Source of the DNA: a virus
DNA: 64,000 bases
IMG/VR virus record: IMGVR_UViG_3300031576_000007
Location: 47,990-111,989 of that record
Direction: 5' to 3' (one strand)
Position numbers and translations under genes: made by a program. Within the stretch, counting starts at the first letter, position 1. Every line of letters starts with the position of its first letter. The notes beneath the pieces are model-generated. The model saw nothing but the letters and a program-made list of their open reading frames with translations. It was not told the origin of the DNA and did not search any database. Positions 58,050-64,000 of the stretch are shown piece after piece.

Positions 58050-59537
58050 TTAAACTACTGGCATTGTTTTTACATAGCCAGAATCTTGTAATAAATAAAC
58101 TAAAACATAACGGAGAGCATCAAGCGGGCCATCCACGATATTGTCTTTCTCATAACCCTCTTTCAACATCCCTTGTTGATTCTCAGGAGCACGAGCTGTT
58201 TCTAATGCAAATATGAGATTTTTACATCTTTTATTGATAAATAACTTAGGGTAGGTTATCGGAGTTACACCATCCTCATGAAATTGAATATTCCCCTTGT
58301 CATCAACTTTGGGGTGATTACACCACAAACGAATTAAATCACAACCTGTTTCTATCTTTTGCTTTTTACCAACAGCAAATATCCCGTAATCTTCTAAATC
58401 TAACCAAGCACTTCTTCCGTTAAGACTTTTTTGCTCTCCTGATTTATCAGCTATTACAAATCGAACTACCCCGGCTCTCCCACCTAGTTTAGAGTCAACT
58501 TGTAGCATCTGCTGCGCTTGTTCATGGACCGTTTTATGAGCCTCTACTGGGTGATACTCATCAAATACCAATATGTTCATACTAGGGTCAATCTGCAAAT
58601 AAAGAGTAGTACAAGGAACTTGATAGTTGAAGTCCATACCAACGTCAACAGGTATGCCTCTTTGATAATCCCATTCTACTATCTGTTGTTTTGAATCAAA
58701 TTCTGGAAATGCAGTATCCGCTATAGCTGTAAAATCCGCCAGACACTCTTGCCTAAACATAACTCCAGGAGTAGTTAATAACATTGCATCTATTTCTGAC
58801 TTCTTAAGATAACCACCGTTGTCTACAGTATTAGAATACGAATCAAATCTAAAACTAGACCAATTACTTTCTTCTTTTTGTTCTTTGGAAAGGACGGCTC
58901 CTAAAGCCTCTTCTTTCTTGAGTCTCATTCCCTCTTGCCCACGTATGTATGCTTTATAGAAATGATTTCTCCCTCGAGGAGTAGAAATAAAAATAGCTGA
59001 GCCTTCCCTATCCATAAGAGTTGGGCGTAATTCCTGATCAAATATATCTTGACCATTAGAAACTAGAGCATATTCATCGAATATCAAAAGGTCAATTGCA
59101 TCTCCGACTAATTGATCTCTTCGTTCACATGACTTACCTTCTATTGTACTCCCGTTAGGAAGTTGTATAAGTCTTTCTACTCTATTTGCCCTTCCGCCTT
59201 TGGAAGGATTAGCTAATTTTAATTCATTTACAAATAAATGATATAGTGGATTAAAAACCTTATCTGTTAGTTTATATGTAGCACTAACAATCCAGATTTT
59301 TCTCCCCGGCTGCATTGCAACTGTTGAAGCTATAAAAGCACACAACAAGGATTTTCCAAACCTTCTTCCGCACGCAACTACTTTAAAACGACCTGAATCA
59401 CGAACTATTTCTAACTGTGCAGGGTGAAGAGGTCTTATCTTTGACGAGTCTGTTTTAATATTATTTTTATAAAACTCATCAACTAAACCTTCAACATTTA
59501 ACGTATGTATTTTTAGAGGTTCACCATACTCTATCAT
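58050..59537 (-). CDS. terL: Terminase large subunit
   Basis: LHPAQ, VACGRRFGKS Walker A, LLIFDE Walker B, FISTPRG.NHFY, FRQE..A.F, VGMDF, DALRY. Confidence 0.95.
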   Translation of the reverse strand: MIEYGEPLKIHTLNVEGLVDEFYKNNIKTDSSKIRPLHPAQLEIVRDSGRFKVVACGRRFGKSLLCAFIASTVAMQPGRKIWIVSATYKLTDKVFNPLYHLFVNELKLANPSKGGRANRVERLIQLPNGSTIEGKSCERRDQLVGDAIDLLIFDEYALVSNGQDIFDQELRPTLMDREGSAIFISTPRGRNHFYKAYIRGQEGMRLKKEEALGAVLSKEQKEESNWSSFRFDSYSNTVDNGGYLKKSEIDAMLLTTPGVMFRQECLADFTAIADTAFPEFDSKQQIVEWDYQRGIPVDVGMDFNYQVPCTTLYLQIDPSMNILVFDEYHPVEAHKTVHEQAQQMLQVDSKLGGRAGVVRFVIADKSGEQKSLNGRSAWLDLEDYGIFAVGKKQKIETGCDLIRLWCNHPKVDDKGNIQFHEDGVTPITYPKLFINKRCKNLIFALETARAPENQQGMLKEGYEKDNIVDGPLDALRYVLVYLLQDSGYVKTMPVV

Positions 59538-59542
59538 AATCC

Positions 59543-60085
59543 TTATTTACGGGGCGTGTTTATTATGCGATTATAATTTCTATAATCATCTAACTCTTTA
59601 CTTCCTTTTTTCTCAGTGGTTAAATCACCAGCTAGTTTGAAGTAAAGTTCCATAGCCCGTACATCTCCTTTTACTTTTCCTTTTTCATACAATGCGTCTA
59701 GCATTGCCAACTTTTTAAAAGGACTAAAAGTATGATGAGATCTTATCTTAGATATAAGACTTTCATTCCACTCTGATTTCTTAGTCCATAGACGAAAAGC
59801 TTCATCTGTAGTTGGAAGTGTGTTAAGAACAAATTCTTTAAGTTCTTGGTCATCTTTTAAATCTCTTGAAATAGTGGCTTTTAAACTTTCCACCATTTCT
59901 CGTATAGAAGATTGCTTGGATGGGTCACCACCACAAGTTATATAGTCTAATGCTTGTATCTCTAATAAGAGATTTTCTGTGTAGCCCCATTCTCCGCTGC
60001 CCATTTGTGAGAATCTCTTTCGAAGAACAGCATCTCTATTATCAGTGTTGCCTACAACTGTTAATTTACTTTTTTCTTCTGACAT
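59543..60085 (-). CDS. Probable terminase small subunit
   Basis: DALYEKG..KGDVRAMELYFKLAG helical motif, immediately upstream of terL. Confidence 0.65.
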   Translation of the reverse strand: MSEEKSKLTVVGNTDNRDAVLRKRFSQMGSGEWGYTENLLLEIQALDYITCGGDPSKQSSIREMVESLKATISRDLKDDQELKEFVLNTLPTTDEAFRLWTKKSEWNESLISKIRSHHTFSPFKKLAMLDALYEKGKVKGDVRAMELYFKLAGDLTTEKKGSKELDDYRNYNRIINTPRK

Positions 60086-60443
60086 CTTTTTGATTCTTTG
60101 GGTTACTAGGGGAGCCATCTCTCATTAGTTGCCCTAATGAGTATTTATATTTTTTCTTTTCCTCTTTTTTGGTCTCCACAAAATACTTATGTTTTATGTA
60201 CCTTCCACTAGAATCATATTTTTTCTTAGGCTGAGGTTGAGACTCTTGAGGGTGTCTGTTTTCATCAAAGTATATACCGATCTTAATTTTATCGGGGTAC
60301 TTCTTAAATTCTAAATTCTTGTAATCTATAGCTGGTTCAGGTGCAGCTTTACCGTGCGGATCAGTATATTCCGCTTTATTATCGCGTCTCCATTTTATCT
60401 TTGTCCAATACTTTGAGTCAGATTTATAATTACCGAACCCCAT
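60066..60443 (-). CDS. Basic hypothetical protein
   Basis: GAGG RBS. Confidence 0.55.
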   Translation of the reverse strand: MGFGNYKSDSKYWTKIKWRRDNKAEYTDPHGKAAPEPAIDYKNLEFKKYPDKIKIGIYFDENRHPQESQPQPKKKYDSSGRYIKHKYFVETKKEEKKKYKYSLGQLMRDGSPSNPKNQKDVRRKK

Positions 60444-60642
60444 TGTAGTTCATCCTCATAAAACATGGATCAATAGTATGCGAGTACATAGTAGTAGATT
60501 GTTCTGGTCTGGTGTAAACCCCACAACCCTCACAGACAGGACAAATGTGCAGTTTATTATCAGAAGTTTCAACCCATCCTCGCGCACTGCAACCATGACA
60601 GGGATTAAAAGAAAATTGGTAATTGTTAATTGGTATAGTCAT
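60430..60642 (-). CDS. Small DnaJ-type Zn-finger protein
   Basis: CHGCSARG ... CPVCEGCG; AAGGTGG RBS before ATG 60642. Confidence 0.6.
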   Translation of the reverse strand: MTIPINNYQFSFNPCHGCSARGWVETSDNKLHICPVCEGCGVYTRPEQSTTMYSHTIDPCFMRMNYNGVR

Positions 60643-60663
60643 GACCCACCTTATATTATAATA

Positions 60664-60775
60664 TCTGCGGGTAAGGGGCAGAAGCCCCTTACCCAACAGA
60701 CGAGGAGGAAGTTACCTAGATTGCTCTGGGTAATGGGAGGAATTGCATGAATGAGCTGAAAGCTCACTCGTAAGC
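60664..60775 (-). ncRNA. Candidate structured intergenic RNA
   Basis: Three hairpins including a GCAA tetraloop and an 11-bp perfect stem; strand inferred from the tetraloop and context. Confidence 0.45.
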
Positions 60776-60781
60776 CTCTCC

Positions 60782-61237
60782 TTAGTCCTCTAAGAAATCT
60801 GAATCAGAAAAGAACTCTTCATCACGAGGGTATACAAATACTTTTTTGTCGTGGGTAAAAAATGCTAAGTATGGTTCAAAATATTTTTCTGGATTATACA
60901 TGGAATCGAACTCCACTATGGAGGGTAAAACAAATAGTCTTTTCTGCTTAGTAGACTCTTCACGGTGATTGTTAATTACAACCTCTGATACAGATGACCA
61001 GTGCTGTAAGACATACGCCCGCTTGTTGGTAACTCCCGTTATCCTCTCACTTAGCTTCATCATAAACTCTTGTTCAGTCTTACAGATTATAGAAGAGTCT
61101 TTAGGTATTGAAGATGACTTTAAAATATCAATTTTTATTTTTTCAAGATCCGCCGGAGAAGTAGTTCTAATCAAGTCTTCCATTTCCTTCATTAGTTTCT
61201 TGAACTTCTCTTTAAGATCTTCACTTACGTTAGTCAA
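60782..61237 (-). CDS. Hypothetical protein
   Basis: 151-aa ORF, TTG start. Confidence 0.55.
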   Translation of the reverse strand: MTNVSEDLKEKFKKLMKEMEDLIRTTSPADLEKIKIDILKSSSIPKDSSIICKTEQEFMMKLSERITGVTNKRAYVLQHWSSVSEVVINNHREESTKQKRLFVLPSIVEFDSMYNPEKYFEPYLAFFTHDKKVFVYPRDEEFFSDSDFLED

Positions 61238-61301
61238 AGTCAGCCATCCCCACTCAAAGTTTCTACTGAATTGCTTTAAGTACTAGCTATAAAGACATCA
61301 A

Positions 61302-61330
61302 AATAAAAACGCAGGAGATTTAGCCTCCGC
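61302..61330 (-). terminator. Probable intrinsic terminator
   Basis: gcggag-gctaaat-ctcctgc followed by GTTTTTATTTT on the - strand. Confidence 0.55.
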
Positions 61331-61531
61331 AAACAGCTTACTCCCTCCAGCGATATTATCGCCTTTACAATAAAGGGGCTGACAGTACAGACCTATGTCT
61401 CGTAACACAGAGATACGGATGAATAGGATAGAGTAAATAATAAATTCGCTAGTTAAGCGATAAAATGCCTCTAAAACTAAGACTTGTACACATATATCCA
61501 AATATTCGGGAGTTTTTCCTTTTTTGGGAAC

Positions 61532-61780
61532 TCAGATTCTTAATATTTGCATATTATTTTTTAAGAACGCCTTTCTAGCGAATTCTATCGTCTCTTTATA
61601 GGTCCAAGGTGTGCTACTTCTGTGTACCCCTATATCGCAAAACTGGCACACAGCGGTACCTCCTATTGATGCTTCTACTACAGGGAGTTCACACATAATA
61701 CAAGGATAATTTGGGTCGTACATGTACGTCTTTATCCCCTCCTTAGTAGTATAAGTAATTGATTTAAAATGAATATCCAT
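61532..61780 (-). CDS. Small Zn-finger protein
   Basis: CIMC ... CQFC. Confidence 0.6.
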   Translation of the reverse strand: MDIHFKSITYTTKEGIKTYMYDPNYPCIMCELPVVEASIGGTAVCQFCDIGVHRSSTPWTYKETIEFARKAFLKNNMQILRI

Positions 61781-61982
61781 CTACTTTCTCTTCCAATTTC
61801 CTAATCCGTTTTTCAAGATCATCTAATGTTGTAAATATTTTATTAACTATTGCTTTAATTTCCTCTACATCCATTATAAAAGTGGGAGTAGAAGAATTAT
61901 TAATGTTTATTGAGGCATCATCCAAACTATGACTAAAATTACTTTGTTTATTTATACTGATCTTCTTTTTCTTTTTATTCAT
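61764..61982 (-). CDS. Small coiled-coil protein
   Basis: LDDLEKRIRKLEEKV; overlapping ORF chain. Confidence 0.55.
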   Translation of the reverse strand: MNKKKKKISINKQSNFSHSLDDASININNSSTPTFIMDVEEIKAIVNKIFTTLDDLEKRIRKLEEKVDGYSF

Positions 61983-62187
61983 CTAAGTTTCTTTCCTCAA
62001 TAGAAGCTGGTATTTCTTCTTCTAAAAAGATACAGTTATATGTATGCCCTAATGCGCTCCAGTATTTTTTTAAATTAGCGGGTACAAACAATATGTTGGG
62101 GCGACCATATGAGCTGTTCTTCATTAACTGTTCTAGGCTTTCCACCGTAAAAACACCTTCTGGTTTGCTCGTCTCCTTATTGCCCAT
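61975..62187 (-). CDS. 70-aa protein resembling a major-capsid segment
   Basis: AAGGAGG RBS; 11/40 ungapped identity to the local capsid protein (see findings). Confidence 0.6.
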   Translation of the reverse strand: MGNKETSKPEGVFTVESLEQLMKNSSYGRPNILFVPANLKKYWSALGHTYNCIFLEEEIPASIEERNLDE

Positions 62188-62348
62188 TTTCTAGTCCTCC
62201 TTAAGATAGTACTTAAAATCCTTCGTAAATTCTTAGTTGCTGCTTCTACTTCACTATGCCCCTCTTTCACGCTGGTTTTTAGATCAAGCACAGCTTCTTC
62301 CGCTTCTCTAACAAGTTCAAATATGGTTTTTGGTCTCATAAAGCCCAT
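62133..62348 (-). CDS. Small hypothetical protein
   Basis: Overlapping ORF chain. Confidence 0.45.
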   Translation of the reverse strand: MGFMRPKTIFELVREAEEAVLDLKTSVKEGHSEVEAATKNLRRILSTILRRTRKWAIRRRANQKVFLRWKA

Positions 62349-62521
62349 CGCGCCATTTTTTTCGGCCCACGCCCTAAATACTCTACTTCATACTTACAGG
62401 CGAAGTATTGTTCATAAAGACTATGCAACCCCCAGGAACTCTTACCAAATCTCCTACCTGGGAAAACTGCCACTATCTTACCCCCCTTTTTGAAAGTTAT
62501 AATAGAGTCTGCTACTTCCAT
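62336..62521 (-). CDS. 61-aa protein containing a terminase-type Walker A (GRRFGKS)
   Basis: AAGGAAAGAG upstream; overlaps both neighbours. Confidence 0.6.
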   Translation of the reverse strand: MEVADSIITFKKGGKIVAVFPGRRFGKSSWGLHSLYEQYFACKYEVEYLGRGPKKMARWAL

Positions 62522-62721
62522 TTCTTTCTCTTTCCTTTCAATTTTAAAGCTTTATGTCTTACTTGACCTTCTAAGTGGGTTGTTAACAACTTCTTTATAA
62601 AAGAGGTCTTTTCTTCAACTATTGTTTTTTCAACATCCTTATCTATCACTCCAATTTGGTTTTTTAGTGCTCTGTCAAAACCCTCTTTACATTCATCATA
62701 TATCTCTTTTAGAGTTTTCAT
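62512..62721 (-). CDS. Small hypothetical protein
   Basis: GGAGGGG RBS; ATGA overlap. Confidence 0.6.
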   Translation of the reverse strand: MKTLKEIYDECKEGFDRALKNQIGVIDKDVEKTIVEEKTSFIKKLLTTHLEGQVRHKALKLKGKRKKWK

Positions 62722-63185
62722 CTAGACCCCCTCCCCTCTTCTAATTTGTGTGCATCATACTTTAGAAAAATATCGGGCCATATTACTTCCAAGGTAGCAC
62801 CACTCTGTATGATTGCCAGAGCCTTACAATAATACCCACGATTCCCTATAGAGCTATCTCTAACTTGAACCCTAATACTATTAATTCCTTGTTTCAAGGC
62901 ACACCCGTACCATGAACAATCTATTCTTGAATACACTTTCCTTATATGCTCAAATTTATTAAAAATAGGAATTATATTACTCCCATTAATAATACACTTC
63001 ATCTCTATACCCCCTTGGTTACTACATTTACTTAAGTCTACTATTCCGCTGAATCGTATAGTTGGTAAGCTATTCTTTATTAAACAACCACAAACTACTC
63101 CTATTACTGTAGTATAATAACTATTTATATGCGTTACCGCACTGGTGTCTTTCCATACTCTCTTCTCTTGTAAACCACTATCCAT
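62718..63185 (-). CDS. Beta-rich hypothetical protein
   Basis: 155-aa ORF at the head of the small-ORF chain. Confidence 0.55.
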   Translation of the reverse strand: MDSGLQEKRVWKDTSAVTHINSYYTTVIGVVCGCLIKNSLPTIRFSGIVDLSKCSNQGGIEMKCIINGSNIIPIFNKFEHIRKVYSRIDCSWYGCALKQGINSIRVQVRDSSIGNRGYYCKALAIIQSGATLEVIWPDIFLKYDAHKLEEGRGSR

Positions 63186-63602
63186 GTGAATCTAAGTTCC
63201 CCTTTCTTTTTTTTTAAAAATTTAGAGGGCTGGAGCCCCATCTTAGATTTATTACTCATAAGTCCTTTCTAGGAATTCTGTAGATGACACTTTTGAACCG
63301 TAAACTAACGCTAGAATCCATTATTTCTTCTCTAGGGTAGGGAAGGTAGCCCTTATCTCTTTACAGAGCTTCTTATTAGTGTTTTCCTTATCTTTTAGTA
63401 TTTCTAGTAAGTGTGGTTTAATTTTATTCATTGAATCAGGATTCACCTTCGTTTAGTTTTATATTACTGGGGTACCAGTGGCACCACCACACACCTTCTA
63501 CTTGACCATCCCCCTTAACGATTTCATGGTCTATACTTTACATACATATTATCTTATCACTCTACTCCTATTAGCAATAACTATTCCTTTCCTTTAATAC
63601 AT

Positions 63603-63631
63603 AGTATAGCAAACTCTATGCCTTATGTCAA
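63603..63631 (-). promoter_or_regulatory. Strong sigma70 promoter
   Basis: TTGACA-17 nt-TATACT with extended TG, pointing into the small-ORF cluster. Confidence 0.8.
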
Positions 63632-64000
63632 TATATTTTATTAGGGGGTAAGTAGGAATCTTCTTTACTAGCCCCCGCTATTATGATAAGGTAATAATGT
63701 GATGAATGAAATATCTAATGATAATCCAACCTTAGCCATTTATGGGTATTAGATGAAAGTTGTATCCGCTCGGTGGGCAATTGGCATAATGTGTAATGAT
63801 TACACAACCTTAGAGATAGGGGGTATATGAAGAATAGTAGTATAAGGGCGGGTATTGAGGGGGCTGAGGGGGCAATAAGCGGGGGATTGTGGGGGTAATA
63901 AGTAGTGTATTACTAAAGGTGCTATTGATTATGAATGGGTATTTAGGTGTATCTAAGTATGGATTCTTATTAGATTATAAGAAGAGGAGTGTGTGAGTGG

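Noticed and set aside
60664-60775. Hammerhead ribozyme or known riboswitch
   Set aside because: No CUGAnGA/GAAA core or recognisable aptamer consensus on either strand.
17886-61286. Many + strand ORFs of 60-120 aa within the structural block, and - strand ORFs within 496-15881
   Set aside because: They are antisense shadows of long, motif-bearing genes, with no RBS or recognisable motifs.
63190-63600. Very short ORFs downstream of the sigma70 promoter (e.g. MNKIKPHLLEIL..., 36 aa)
   Set aside because: Too short and lacking clear RBS or motif support to call.
1-64000. Stop-codon reassignment
   Set aside because: Long genes are intact in code 11, and TAA, TAG and TGA all end genes at tight junctions.
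1-64000. CRISPR array, tRNA genes, integrase, reverse transcriptase/DGR, invertase
   Set aside because: No regularly spaced repeats, cloverleaf with T-loop consensus, or matching protein motifs were found by eye; a tRNAscan/CRISPR scan would be needed to exclude them fully.

Overview
This 64 kb, AT-rich window comes from a large myovirus-type (contractile-tail) bacteriophage in the standard genetic code. It has two convergent blocks meeting at about 16.15 kb. The + strand block (1-16176) holds nucleotide metabolism, recombination and envelope genes: dNMP kinase, two ClpP-like proteases (one with a signal peptide), RuvC-like and archaeal-type resolvases, RecA and an IMPDH/GMP-reductase protein each split by a LAGLIDADG intein, HNH nucleases, MazG and a HAD nucleotidase. 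The - strand block, read from 63.6 kb leftwards, runs through a strong sigma70 promoter, small ORFs, terminases, portal, scaffold, HK97-type capsid, head/neck proteins, sheath, three gp19-like tube paralogues, a frameshifted tail chaperone, tape measure, an eCIS-like baseplate, fibres, a holin candidate and a GH24 endolysin. The best novelty candidate is two tiny ORFs behind the sigma70 promoter that copy segments of the phage's own major capsid protein and terminase Walker-A loop, possibly decoys against pattern-sensing anti-phage defences. Other highlights are a -1 frameshift, a probable AUU-initiated portal, a structured intergenic RNA with CCUCC motifs, a G-quadruplex-like tract, and a ~50-aa module repeated across several virion proteins. 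All assignments are from motif recognition by eye; no database searches were run.
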